Shown piece by piece: positions 12,001 to 25,300 of a stretch of 64,000 nucleotides of DNA. The position numbers and the translations under genes were made by a program. The DNA is from Cyanophora paradoxa CCMP329 (taxonomy: Eukaryota > Plantae > Glaucophyta). Positions within the stretch are counted from its first letter, which is position 1. Each line of letters begins with the position of its first letter. The stretch spans positions 62,001 through 126,000 of the forward strand of contig QPMI01000046.1 in NCBI GenBank assembly GCA_004431415.1. Direction: 5' to 3'. Below the pieces are notes generated by a model. It was not told where the DNA came from, searched no databases, and was given only the letters and a program-made list of their open reading frames with translations.

Positions 12001-15000
12001 CGCCTGCGCCGCTGTAGGCGGGCGCCGGGCCCGAGCCGCTGGTGGCAGTGTTCGAGGCCGGGCCCACCGCGCCGTTCGCCGCGACCGGCACAACCTGGTA
12101 GACGCTGCCGGGCTCGCCGCTCTTGGGCGAGACGTCGAACGTGGTCTGGTTGGCCGGGACGCTGCCGAGGACCTTGCCGTCGCCGATCACCGAGTAGCTC
12201 GCGGGGCTGCCCGCGCGCGGCGGGCTCCACGAGAGGCGGCCCGACGACCCGAAGAGGCCCGGCGAGCTCGTCAGCTGCAGGTTCGAGGGCGCCATGTCCG
12301 CGGGGCTTGCGGGGCCCGCGCTGGAGCCGGCTGGGTACGAGGCGAGCGGCACGCTGTTGCTGGCGGGGCCCGCGGGGCTGCCCGACGACGACAGCGGCAC
12401 CACCGAGAAGTACGAGTTGGCCGCCGCGCTCGGGCTGAGGCCCTTGGGCGCGAAGGTGTTGACGCCCGACGGCGAGGCCTTGGCAGTGGCGACCTGGCGG
12501 CCGTCCTGCAGGACGCCGAAGCTGCCGCAAAAAAGCGCGTCACCGCCCGCAGAGCCGGCCACGCGCGCGAGACACGGCTGCCGCACCTCGGGACGTTGCC
12601 GAGCCCGCTCGGCGTGGTCCACGCCAGCAGAGCCCCTGGGCTCGAAACTGTACCGACTGGCGTCGACGTCAGCGCGATGCCAGAGCTCGGGTCGCTCGGC
12701 AGCGAGGCCGCGAGCGGCGACGAGGCAGGGCCCGCGACGCCATTGCTGTCGAACGGCACCACCTGCAGGGTCGAGGCGCCGCCGTTGGTCGGCAGGCCGG
12801 AGACCGGGGCCGAGGTCTGGCCGCCGGGGACCGACGCGACGGGCTTGCCGTCCTTGAGGACGGTGTACGAGGCGGGCGAGCCCGAGGCCGGGCGCTTCCA
12901 TGAGAGGGTGGCGGAGCCGGGGCCGCTGCCGTTGAAGCTGCTGAGGGCCAGGCTCGAGGGGGCGAGCGGGCTCGGGGCGGGGACGTTGGCGCCAGAGTTG
13001 GCGATGCCGGCGCCAGGGCCAGACGAGGGCCCGTACGGGTAAGAGGTTCCGAAGAGAGGTCCGTCTCCCGCCCCGTTGTACGGGCCAGGCGATGGGCCCG
13101 AGCCGCTGCTGGCCGGTTTGGAAGACGGGCCCGCGGTTCCAAAGCTGTCAAGGGGCACGACCTGGTAGACACTTCCGGGCTCGCCGCTCTTGGGCGAGAC
13201 CTCGAACGACGTTTGGATAGCAGGGACGGCCCCGAGGAACTGCCCATCGCCGACGACTGCGTAACTTGCGGGGTTGCCCGCGCGCGGTCGGCTCCATGAC
13301 AGAGTGCTGGAAGAGAAGAGGCCGGGTGCGCTTGTTAGCTGCAGGTTCGTCGGCATCATCTCCGCGGGGCTCGCAGGACCCGCTCCCGAGCCCGCTGCGT
13401 ACGAAGCAAGCGGAACGCTGTTGCTGCTCTGTCCAATCGGAGAGCCGTTCGGCGACAGGGGCACAACGGAGAAACGCGAAGTGGCGACTGCGCTCGGGGA
13501 AAGGCCCTTGACGGGGAAGGAATTCACGCCGGTCAACGACGGCGGTACCGACGCAATCTTATTCCCGTCTTGCATAACGGCGAAGCTGGTTGACGCGCAT
13601 TCGACTATCAGAGAATGCACGTTACAAAATACGTTAAAAAATCGCACCTTGCAAGACCACCAGCCTCAGAGCTAAGGGCAGCGGTGGGGGTGGTCCAAGA
13701 TAGTAGCGCGCTTGGGCTGGAGCCGGAGCCCGCCGGCGTCGACGTCAGCGCGATGCCGGAGCTCGGGTCGCTCGGCAGCGAGGCCGTGAGCGGCAACGAG
13801 GCCGGGCCCGCGACGCCGTTGCTGTCGAACGGCACCACCTGCAGGGTCGAGGCGCCGCCGTTGGTTGGCAGGCCGGAGACCGGGGCCGAGGTCTGGCCGC
13901 CGGGGACCGCCGCGACGGGCTTGCCGTCCTTGAGGACGGTGAACGAGGCGGGTGCTCCCTGGATGGGCCGGTTCCACGAGAGTGTGGCGGAGCCGGGGCC
14001 GCTGCCGTTGAAGCTGCTGAGGGCGAGGTTCGAGGGCGCGAGGGGGCTCGACGACGGCACTTCAACGCCGGAGCCAGCAATGCCCGCGCCGGGCCCGGCC
14101 GAGGGACTCAAAGGGCCGAACGGAACAGAGCTCGAGCGCGAGCCAGCACCCGGGGCGCCAGTGGTGGCAGAGTTGCCAGTGACAGGGCTCGAGGCGGGGC
14201 CGACGGCGCCGTTCGAGGCGACTGGCAGGACTTGGTACACGCTGCTTGGCGAAAGGTCGGGAACCTCCTGAGAGGTCTGGCTGGCCGGAACGGTGCCGAG
14301 GACCTTGCCGTTGCCTACGACAGCGTAGCTCGCGGGGCTGCCCGCGCGTGGCGGGCTCCACGAGAGGCGGCCCGAAGAGCCGAAGAGGCCCGGCGAGCTC
14401 GTCAGCTGCAGGTTCGAGGGCGCCATGTCCGCAGGGCTCGCGGGGCCCGCGCCGGAGCCGGCCGGGTACGAGGCGAGAGGCACGCTGTTGCTGGCGGGGC
14501 CCGCGGGGCTGCCCGACGACGACAGCGGCACCACCGAGAAGTACGAGTTGGCGGCCGCGCTCGGGCTGAGGCCCTTGGGCGCGAAGGTGTTGACGCCCGA
14601 CGGCGAGGCCTTGGCAGTGGCGACCTGGCGGCCGTCCTGCAGGACGCCGAAGCTGCCGCAAAAAAGCGCGTCAGCGTCCGCAGAGCCGGCCACGCGCGCG
14701 AAACACGGCTGCCGCACCTCGGGACGTTGCCGAGCCCGCTCGGCGTGGTCCACGCCAGCAGAGCCCCTGGGCTCGAAACTGTACCGACTGGCGTCGACGT
14801 CAGCGCGATGCCAGAGCTCGGGTCGCTCGGCAGCGAGGCCGCGAGCGGCGACGAGGCAGGGCCTGCGACGCCGTTGCTGTCGAACGGCACCACCTGCAGG
14901 GTCGAGGCGCCGCCGTTGGTCGGCAGGCCGGAGACCGGGACCGAGGTCTGGCCGCCGGGGACTGCCGCGACGGGCTTGCCGTCCTTGAGGACGGAGTACG

Positions 15001-18000
15001 CAGAGGGCGCTCCCTGGCTGGGCCGGTTCCACGAGAGTGTGGCGGAGCCGGGCCCGCTGCCGTTGAAGCTGCTGAGGGCGAGGTTCGAGGGCGCGAGCGG
15101 ATTCGCAGGGGGCAGGTTGACGTTCGAGCTGGCAATGCCCGCGCCAGGACCGGACGACGGGCCGTACGGAGTGGATGGTACGCCACGGGAATCCGAGCCG
15201 GCACCGTTGTACGGGCCGGGGGCCGGGCCAGATCCGCTGTTATTCGGGTTCGATGCTGGGCCGACCGCTCCGAACCGATCAAGCGGCACGACCTGGTAGA
15301 CACTGCCGGGCTCGCCGCTCTTGGGCGAGACGTCGAACGTTGTCTGAATAGCCGGGACGCTGCCGAGGACCTTGCCGTCGCCGAAGACCGCGTAGCTCGC
15401 GGGGTTGCCCGCGCGCGGACGACTCCACGACAAGGTGCTGGAGGAGAAGAGGCCGGGTGTGCTCGTCAGCTGCAGGTTCGACGGCGCCATGGCAGATGGG
15501 CTTGCTGGACCAGCGCCCGATCCTACCGGATAAGAGGCAAGCGGAACGCTGCTGCTGGCCGGTCCTGCGGGGCTGCCCGAAGGAGACAGCGGAACAACGG
15601 AGAAGAGCGATTTCGCGGCATTTGCGGGAGGCAGATTGCGCGAAGTGAATGTGTTGACGCCCGATGGTGAAGGCTGCACAGATGCGATCTTTTGGCCGTC
15701 TTGCATGACAGCATAGCTGCGCAAAAGAGCACACCAATCAATCAATCATTTGAATCAGTGTCTCTACATTTGAGAATCCCACCTCGACACGCCACCCTGG
15801 CCGGCGGGACTGGTCCACGACAGAAGAACGCTCGGGCTGGAGCCGGAGCCCGCCGGCGTCGACGTCAGCGCGATGCCGGAGCTCGGGTTGCTCGGCAGCG
15901 ACGCCGCGAGCGGCGACGAGGCCGGGCCCGCGACGCCGTTGTCGTCGAACGGCACCACCTGCAGGGTCGTAGCGCCGCCGTTGGTCGGCAGGCCCGAGAC
16001 CGGGGCCGAGGTCTGGCCGCCGGGGACCGCCGCGACGGGCTTGCCGTCCTTGAGGACGGTGTACGAGGCGGGCGAGCCGGAGGCCGGGCGGCTCCACGAG
16101 AGGGTGGCGGAGCCGGGGCCGCTGCCGTTGAAGCTGCTGAGGGCGAGGTTCGAGGGCGCGAGAGGATTCGACGGGGGCACATCGACGCCGGAGCCAGCAA
16201 TGCCCGCGCCGGGGCCAGAAGAGGGCCCGTATGTAGATGACGGGTCAGCGCTAACGGGCGCGCCGGCGCCAGTGCCGTTATACGGGCCAGGAGCCGGACC
16301 AGAGCTTGAAATCGGGCTGCTGGGAGGGCCAGCACTGCCGTAGCGGTCAATCGGGAGCACCTGGTAGACGCTGCCGGGATCGCCGCTCTTGGGCGAGACG
16401 TCGAATGTGGTCTGGTTGGCCGGGACGCTGCCGAGGACCTTGCCGTCGCCGACGACAGCGTAGCTCGCGGGGCTGCCCGCGCGCGGCGGGCTCCACGAGA
16501 GGCGGCCCGATGAGCCGAAGAGACCCGGAGAGCTCGTCAGCTGCATGTTCGAGGGCGCCATGTCCGCAGGGCTCGCAGGGCCCGCGCCCGAGCCGGCCGG
16601 GTACGAGGAGATCGGCACACTGTTGCTCGCCTGCCCAATAGGCGTGCCATTCGCAGACAGAGGCATGATCGAGAAGAGAGAGTCGCCGGCCGAGGGCGGG
16701 AGGCTCTTGATCGTGAAGGCATTGACACCCGTCGGGGACGGCGTTGCATTGGCCACCTTCACGCCGTCCTTCAGGACTGCGAAGCTGCAGCAAGAGCGGC
16801 GCCTCAGCAACAAAATTTCGGTAAACGTATTGGTTTAAAGTGATTCAGATGCGACGCTCACCCTGCAAGACCGCCCGCTCCCGGCTCGAGAGCTGCCGAC
16901 GGAGTCGTCCACGACAGAACGGCGCCGGGGTTCGTGGCAGGACCCGACATGGTCGAGGTGAGGGCGATGCCCGTCCGCGGGTCGCTGGGCAGGGTGGCGG
17001 AAAGCGGAGCAGAGGCGGGGCCTGCGACGCCGTTGCTGTCGAACGGCACCACCTGCAGGGTTGTGGCGCCACCGGTGTTTGGCAGGCCGGAGACGGGGAT
17101 GGAGGTCTGGTTGCCCGGGACACTGCCGATTGGCACGCCGCCCTTGAGGACGGTGTAGCTCGCCGGAACTCCCTTGTCTGGGCGGCTCCACGAAAGGGTG
17201 GCGGAACCGGGGCCACTGCCGTTGAAGCTGCTGAGGGCGAGATTCGACGGGGCGAGCGGGTTCGGGGGCTGTGCGCTGAGCCCAGAGCCGGCAATGCCCG
17301 CGCCAGGCGCCATCGTAGTGTTTGAAGGGCCGTAAGGTGTAGCGGAGGCACCGGAAGGATCGCTGCCGCTGACGGCCGGCTGTGACGCAGGGCCGGTGGA
17401 GCCGAGGCGGTCGACTGGCAGGACCTGGTAGACGCTGCCGGGCTTCGGAGAGACCTCGTAGGCCGTCTGATTGGCGGGAACCGTGCCGGTAACCTTGCCA
17501 TCCTCCGCCACGGCATAGCTCGCCGGGTAGCCGGCCGCCGGCGGGCTCCACGAGAGACGGCCCGACGAGCCGAAGAGGCCCGGCGTGCTCGTGAGCTGCA
17601 CGTTGGAGGGCATCATAGCCGTCTGAGGCGCCGGGCCCGCGCCCGAGCCGACGGGGTACGAGAGCAGGGGCACGCTGCTGCTGGCGGGGCCGATGATGTC
17701 GCCGGCGGGCGAGATGGGCGCAACGGAGAAGAGGGACTCGGCGACGGTGCTGCTCGGCAGGTTCTTTGCGGTGAACGAGTTGATGCCGGAGGGCGACGGC
17801 TTGACGGTGCCGATCTGGCGGCCGTCCTGCAGCACGGCGTACCTGGCGAGAGGCCGGAATTCGAAGTCAGCCGTCAAAACGTTGACCTCACATGCTCGCT
17901 AACATCTAGCGCTAGCACTGTTTTGCGGGCGAATTCGCACCCTGGAGGGCCGCCGGCGCCGGGCTGGAGGTCGCTCGCGGGAGTGGTCCAGGAAAGAAGC

Positions 18001-19330
18001 GCGCTCGGGTTGCTCGGGTTGCCGATGGGCGTCGAGGTGAGGGCGATGCCGGAGCTCGGGTCGCGCGGCAGGACGCTGGCAAGCGGCGACGAGGCCGGGC
18101 CCGCGTAGCCCTTCTCGTCGAACGGAATGACCTGCAGGGTCGATGGGCTGCCGTTGGTCGGCAGGTCGGAGACCGGGATCGATGTCTGGCTGCCAGGCAC
18201 GCTGCCGATGGGCTTCCCGTTCTGAAGAACGGTGTAGCTGTTGGGAGTGCCGTTCTGGGGCGGGCGCCACGAGAGGGTGGCGGAGCCGGGGCCGCTGCCG
18301 TTGAAGCTGCTGAGGGCGAGGTCCGAGGGCGCGAGCGGGCTCGCTGGCATTCCCTCGACGGCAGAGCCGGCAATGCCCGCGCCTGGGCCGATGAGCGGGT
18401 TGTAAGGGCCAGGAGCGCCCATCCCGGGATCGCCCGACGTGGGCAGCGACGGAGGGCCGACGTTGCCGAAGCGGTCGATGGGGAGGACCTGGAACACCTT
18501 GCCGCCGCGCGGCGCGTCGGCGGAGGTCGCGCTACCCGAAACAGTGCCCACGATCTCGCCATCGCTGACGATCCCGTAGCTGGCCGGGCTCCCGCTGGCA
18601 GGGCGGTTCCAGGAGAGCTTCCCGGAGCTGAACATGCCGGGGGCGCTGGTCAGCTGCAGGCCCGTCGACGCCATGGACGGCTGGCTGGCGTTCGGGCCCG
18701 CGCCGGAGCCGACGGAGTACGAAGTCAATGGAGCCTTGCCGCTCGGGGCGCCGATGACCTCGCCGCTGGGCGAGATGGGCGCCACGGAGAACGCCGCTTC
18801 CTCGCCGGGGTTATAGCCGGGGTTCCGGACCGTGTAGGTGTTCAGGCCGCTCGGCGTCGGGCTCGGGGGCTTGACCACGCCGACCTGCTGGCCGTCACGC
18901 AGAATCGCGTAGCCGCCGATGCCGCCCGCAGCGCCGGTGGCAGGCGTGTTCCAGGCGAGATGGCCGCTGGGGTTCGGGCCGGGGCCCATCGGCTGAGCCG
19001 TGAGCGCGATGCCACTGTTCGGGTCCTTGGGAAGGGCCGTCGTGAGGGGGTGCGACGGGGGGCCGGCGACGCCGTTCTCGTCGAATGGAACGAGCTGCAG
19101 CTTCGTGGGCTTGCCGTTGGTTGGAAGGCCGGAGAGCGGGTACTCCGTGCGGTTGCCGGGGGCGGTGCCGATGGGCTCGCCGTCGCGGAGGACGTTGTAG
19201 CCGGCGGGCTGGCCCGCCAGCGGCGGCGTCCAGGTGAGCTTGCCCGAGCCGGGGCCCTTCTCGCCGGCGCTCGTGAGGGAGAGGTTCGACGGGGCGAGCG
19301 GGCTCGGGGCCGGCGCCTCCAGCCCGGAGC
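1..19330 (-). repeat. Coding tandem array of at least 18 units (about 1060 or 1190 bp), each encoding three Ser/Gly/Pro-rich FN3-like modules
   Basis: Recurring motifs LSWKRPASGSPASYTVLKDGK...LQVVPFDSNGVAGPAS, LAWTTP...SFGVLQDG...FSVVPLS and LSWNRP...SYSVIGDG...YQVVPVAANGAVGPAS fit the FN3 pattern W-x-x-P...Y-x-V...V-x-A/P...G-x-x-S. Units are near-identical from 1 to ~12.9 kb and increasingly diverged towards 19.3 kb. Confidence 0.9.
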
Positions 19331-22300
19331 CCGGTAACCCTGCGCCCGACCCCGTCGGGTTGTAGGGCGTCTTCCCCAGGCCGCCGAGGTCCCGCGAGCG
19401 GACGCCGGCGCCCTCGCCGGTGCCCGTGCCCGTGCCAGTGCCCGTGTAGGGCTCGTACGGGGTCGTCGCCTTGCCCTTCGGGAAGATGCTGGGCACGCGG
19501 AGGGTGCCCTTCACGATCGCCGCGGTGAGGCCAGCGACGAGAAGACCGGCGGCGCCGATGCCGAACGCGAGCGGCAGGATGTGCGACATCTGCGACAGGA
19601 CCACGTTACAAATAAAATCAATCCTGTGAATACGAGCGCATGGGGCACCTGGTTGCTGTTGCCCTGGCCACGATCACCATCTTGCGGCGGGAGCTCGCTA
19701 ATGCCAGCGGCGAATGCCGGCTGGCCTGCCGAGAAGTAGTTCGGGATAATTTGGCCAAGGGTGAACTGCGCGATGATATTAGAGACAGTTTGCATTTCGA
19801 CATTGACGCAGGATGGGGCTTCAGACTTGCCGTGGTCTGCGCACAAAATGAATTAAATAAAAAACAGCGCGTCCGCATGTGCGAATGGCAGACGACGCAC
19901 CAAATGCGTGCAGAATCCACGAGCATACCAGATACCCTACGTTGAAGTGGAACGTGCTCATGAGAAGGCGTCTCATTTTGCATTCAATAAAAAATGTTGC
20001 ACATTACGCTGGAAGAGATCTCCGGCATTTGTCGCCATAGGGTCGGGGTTCTCCGCATCGCCGAGCTAAAGCGATCGCGATTAGGCATCGGATCTTCAAT
20101 CACTTGATAGAGGTGCCAACGGTCACGCACCCACATGTTGATCTTCGGCTTGTAACGCGTCTGGCACGGCTCCCAGCTACTGGAGGTCTCGTTCCAGAAG
20201 ATGAGGAACTGTTGCTCCGTTGGCATCGTTGTTTGAGTGATGGGGTACGGGATTTCGATGATGATCGGCTTGGAGTCCGCGAGGCCGTCAATGCGGAAGC
20301 CGAGCACCTGATCATGAGCGCGAAAATCTGTCAGCCGTCCGTCTGGAAGACACTCTGAACTGAAACGTTTGAAGTGCACCGAAATGTCGACGAAGCCGCC
20401 CGTGATCTTGACTGCACCCGCAACTGTGCCTCCAGAGGGACCCCTCCAAACGGGCGGGAAGGGCGAGACCTCCATGTTGAGAATGGAAACGCCGAATCTG
20501 GCTTCCAAGTAAGGCAGGGGCTGATGAGAACACTTGAGAAAAAGGAGAGGAGAGATTGGATTTAGATTCGGTAACATATCCGTAAGAAAGAAATATCTGA
20601 TACGGGTTATCGGCCGACTTGGCGAACCCGTCTTGGCCACCGTCCTTGGGTACAAAGTCGCGAACTTCGAAAGGCAGCTTGACCAGGGCGGGGTTCACGC
20701 CCTCTCCGCCGGCTTTAGTGGGGATGTCGTAGTAGACTCTGCCAGGAATTGCGATTGCGGGCGATCAAAAAATGCGCCGGGCGATCTCGAGCAAAAGAAA
20801 TGAAAAAAGCAATTGCAGACTGCACCTGATGTCAGTAAAGCAAACTGCGCGAAAAGCCAGATTGCAATTGTTATTTTATGCGCGATTGTTATGGAGGAAG
20901 CATAACGCACTTTTTCCGGCAGTCTATCGAGTCCAAGCATTGAGAGTAGTCAATGTCAGCCACGTTTACGGCAGAAGGAGAAGCAGCCATGCGATATCTC
21001 ACCACAGCTGCCGCTTCAGCAGCGGCATTACGCAGACCATCCTCACAACCGCGGCAGCTACGCAAGAGGGATTTTTAGGATTAGGAAGACACCAACTGCA
21101 GCTGCACAAAGCCGTACTTGGCGAGGGCGCCCTGGGGCGCCTTGATGAGGGTGTTGAGCAGGTTCGCGAGTGGGCTGCTTGACGACTCCGTCTGCCCGGT
21201 GAGGCCCGTGCCAGCGGTGCCGACCCAGTCCGGGCTCGCGATGGCCGCAGAGAGCTCTTCCGTGGTCTGATTGTGGGATTTAGCAACATCTCGCATTTAG
21301 ATTTCCAATTGCAAGGGTGATTTGAAAGCTAGGCGTTTGTATAATCAGATGATTGCGCTCCGCTTTCAGGAGGGGCACCTGCTCGAGGTAGACACTGAGG
21401 TCGAGCTCCAGGAAATCGCACGGGTCGAACGCCGGCTTGCAAGATGTGAGCTTTTGCAGCAGCGTCGAGTTGAGGAACCTGTAGCCAGTGAGCACAAAGC
21501 TACAGCGCCTGCGTTGCGCAGAGCTGGATGACAATGAGGCGCATGCGCACGAGCTCGAGACGGAGGCGAGTTTGGTGATGGCTGCCAGCGTGGCTGCCAG
21601 CTCCGGGTACGCGGTCGCGATGTCTCCGGTGGAGCTAGCGAGATTCTTGAGGCGATCAGCAGCGCTGGAGGCTGAGCACGCATCCGTGATCAGCTTATCC
21701 AAGCAAGGCGGCGGTCCTGCGTTCAGACATCAGGCACCGCGCGCGGTCGTCCCCGGCAGAACTCGTTTATAATTTGATACCTTTGCCGCGGAAGAACTCG
21801 CTCAGCGCGGCGATCGCGTCGCCCTCCAAGATCGTCTTCTCCTTCTCGGTGATCGTGCCCGCGGCGAAGCGCTCGCTGATCGAAGCCATGGTAGCGTCGT
21901 ACGTGGCGCACGCAACCGGAGGGTCGACGACCGTGATGGTGAGAGGGACGTCTGTTGTGCAAGATCGTCCACATGAGCGATAGACAAAGCATCGACTGAA
22001 GGTTCGGCACCGGAGCAGCCGCAGGCGTTGTTGGAGCAGATGGTCGCCGTGAGCTCGTGCGTGCCGACGGGGAAGACGTAGGCGGGGGTCATTACGTTGC
22101 TCTCCCCGGGCTTCACGAGGACCGCCTCCTTCAGCTGCGACAGGATCAGAGGATCGCCCGTTCCGCTTCGTAGACTTTCGCACCTTGAGCGAGTAGGAGA
22201 GCGGGAGCGCCGTCGCCGCATTGAAGGGCGGCTTCCAGTTCGAGCACGTGACGGTGAAGCTTGTGCTCATGAACGTACCCTGTGTTGGCGAGACAGTGCA

Positions 22301-25300
22301 TGTTCCCGGATCGACCGATGCAGGGGGACCGATGATTCGAATCGTGGCCTGATCGGAGACCGCGGGCAGAGTAGTTCCCGGATGGTTGGGGTCGGCGGCC
22401 GTCGCGGAGCAGCGCTGCAGAAAAGAAAGAAGAGCCCCTGTTAAAGACGATTTCGAGCAGTTTAATTGCCATTAAAAGTAAATCACTGACAATGACGTAT
22501 TCCTTATCTGCCGAAGAGAGTTGCGAAAAGGGTGCAAGGCGTCAGCAGCTCAAAGACAAGGTTCAAACAGCGACCGCAATCGTGGCTCACTGTACTCGAG
22601 GGCCGGGCGACTCTCCCGAGTGAAAATCAGGGAGTCGTCGACCTTTGACACAGCCTTGAAGTACCTGCGACATGTACGTGTAAAACTCGCGAACGCTCAT
22701 GCTCTTAAGATCACACTGAGGTGTCTTAACGGTGCCCGCAAAAAGCAACTAGGTCGGGCCTAGCTCCGACTGTACACAAGAATGCGCCAATTGCGATTGC
22801 GGGTTGCGCGCACGGGGAGAGGTCCGCCAGCACCGACTCGCCGTTCGGCGCGGACCAGGTCTGGACCGCGACGGTGGGGTAGGCGTCGTAGTTGGTGGCC
22901 GAGGACGTGCAGCGGGCCACGATGGTCTGGTTGACGCATACGCCGTCGGCGGCCCCAGGGGGCGGCGAGATCTCGACCTGGGTGAGTGCACAGCCCCGTC
23001 AGCTTGTTCGAAACAGCATCTATGCATTTTTTCTCTCCCGACGTATATATGCAATATTTAATACCGCACCTGGACCTTGACTTGCAGAGCGGGCACCGAG
23101 CCCGGGAGAGGGGAGGTAGTTGAGCCAGTAGGAGTTGGAGTGGGGACCCCTCCAGGCGTAACCCCTCCTCCTCCCGTATCCCCTCCGGGCGGTGGCGTAA
23201 CCCCTCCCGTATCCCCTCCGGGCGGTGGCGTAACCCCTCCTCCCGTATCCCCTCCGGGCGGTGGCGTAACCCCTCCCGTATCCCCTCCGGGTGGTGGTGT
23301 TGCCGCTGGCGTTGGTGTTGCCGGTAGGGCTCCTCCAGCAGGGCAGCTGACCACAAGAAAGTCCCTGCTGCTCTCGCGAAAACCGCCTACAGACATGTGC
23401 ATACGTAGTCATGTAAGAAAGCGACCGTCATTTGAGGGGTTTTAATTCGCAGTTCACCGCACCGAAACGATTTTTTGCACGGAAAAGCACGCGGTGCACA
23501 CGACCTGCTACGCAGTGTCTAGCCAGCCGAGTGGTAGTGACTGGGCCACCAAATGGCGCTGCAAGAGTGTTGAGGTTGAAGCTTGTCGCATCGCGGGAGA
23601 TATTTTTAATAATGTTGACGACGATCTCGTGATCGAGGGCGGCGTCCAAGTCCTTGTACTCCGGTTTCAGCGGATCTTTGGTGGTTGCCAGCGGCGTTTG
23701 TTTCAAATCTCGCAGCTGAGAGCAACGCTTAATGGCACGGTAGTGCATTTGAGTTGACTGACGCAAGCTAACCCTGACAATGAGCATGTCATAGCCGTGA
23801 GGCGTGTGGCGACCGTCGGTCGGATTCTCCCACTCAACAATGTAGTCGCTGCCGATGGGCTTCGGCTTCGGAGCTGCAAGCGAATGCATATGCATGGCTC
23901 ACATCAGAATGATTGACGCTCAGAGGTTTTTGCGAATGGCGTACCAGTCCAGCCTTCGAAGTCCGTCCACGCCGTCGCGTTGTTCTTGGAAAAGACGTAC
24001 GCGAATTGCACGCTGAAGCCATCTCTTGGGACGAGTGTCGCACCGTGCCGGTTTTTCCAGTCGAACCAGAGCTCAATCATGCTGATATCGTCCGCCTTGT
24101 CGCCCACATTCTGCTTTGTAGGGGGAGTTGCAATTGGGTCTACCATAACGTGATCCTTGTTGCGAGGGCTTCGGCCTGTCCCCGCCTTTGCAAGTGCCAG
24201 ACTGTGCTCCTCGCCGACAAGTCTGCAAGTATCCATGGGCGTACTCAAGCTTCGTCAAGAGTCTAGAATCTAGATCTAGAACGCACGCAATGTAGCAACG
24301 ATCTGCAAATAAAAGCGAGACTCAAGATTATATATCGAGGGCTACCAGAAAAGTTAGCTCACCAAGAATAAAGCCGCCAGCGCCCACGGCGGCAATGGTG
24401 TCGGTACCAGTCCCGCTAGGATGCTGAGATCCGGGCTGCCTCAAAATTTCGTTCTTGGTTGCTGTAGAGATTAGTGTGAGACCGTCGAATGTGCACGCTT
24501 TTCATTGCCATCGCGAGCAGTCATGATCAGCTGCAGCTCACCAAAATACTCTGCGTGCAAATCTCGTTAAAACATGATAAGTGGATGCCAATCAGTAAGT
24601 AGTGAAACGCACCCCCGTAGGTGTATGCTCCACCTCCCACGTATCCGGAGCTGTCCTCCGCCCACTTATTCACATCCCATTGCTGCCTATAAATACCGAT
24701 ACATCACTATTCTGCCATCGCACACAAGGACGGCAGATCTAGAGTATACCTCGAAGGACCCCAGTGCACGTAACTCTTGGAAAGACGATCGAGCCCCGCA
24801 GTATCCAGTGCTTTGGCGGCTGGCTCGTCTAATCCTGCCAGCGTCCCTGTAACGCTGCATGAGCAATTGAAGGGAATGACCGTTTGAAAACCGCTCGCCA
24901 AGTTGCTGATCGTTGTCGGGGTCGAGTCCACGCAAGTAATACTTGATGAATCTCTGGTACTGGAAGTCGTCGTCGCGCCCTACAAAATCGTGCTGGATGG
25001 TGACATCGATGTAGATCTGGAAGTGCTCATCGGTCTCGTGGAAGAAGTACCTGCACACGAGTCAGACGGCCATCATTTCACACTTGCACAGTGACACTCA
25101 AGCTAACGTTGTGGTGACGTTGATTCCTTCTCTCTTGCCGGCCGCATGCACGACCGTTATCCCATCGGGCTCCTTGATGGTTTTGATAATCTTCCCGGAC
25201 ATAGTACGCCTAGAGTCACTGGGCAGATTATCCGATTCCTGCAGACGCCGAACGGAGTCATGAACAAACCACGCCAATATCGATATATCGCCATTTGAAA

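Noticed and set aside
1-19330. Numerous plus-strand and alternative-frame ORFs over the array
   Set aside because: Shadow ORFs of GC-rich repetitive coding DNA; only the spliced minus-strand frame gives a coherent domain pattern.
1-19330. CRISPR-like or prokaryotic repeat system
   Set aside because: Units are ~1.1 kb coding repeats with spliceosomal introns; there is no repeat-spacer structure and no cas gene.
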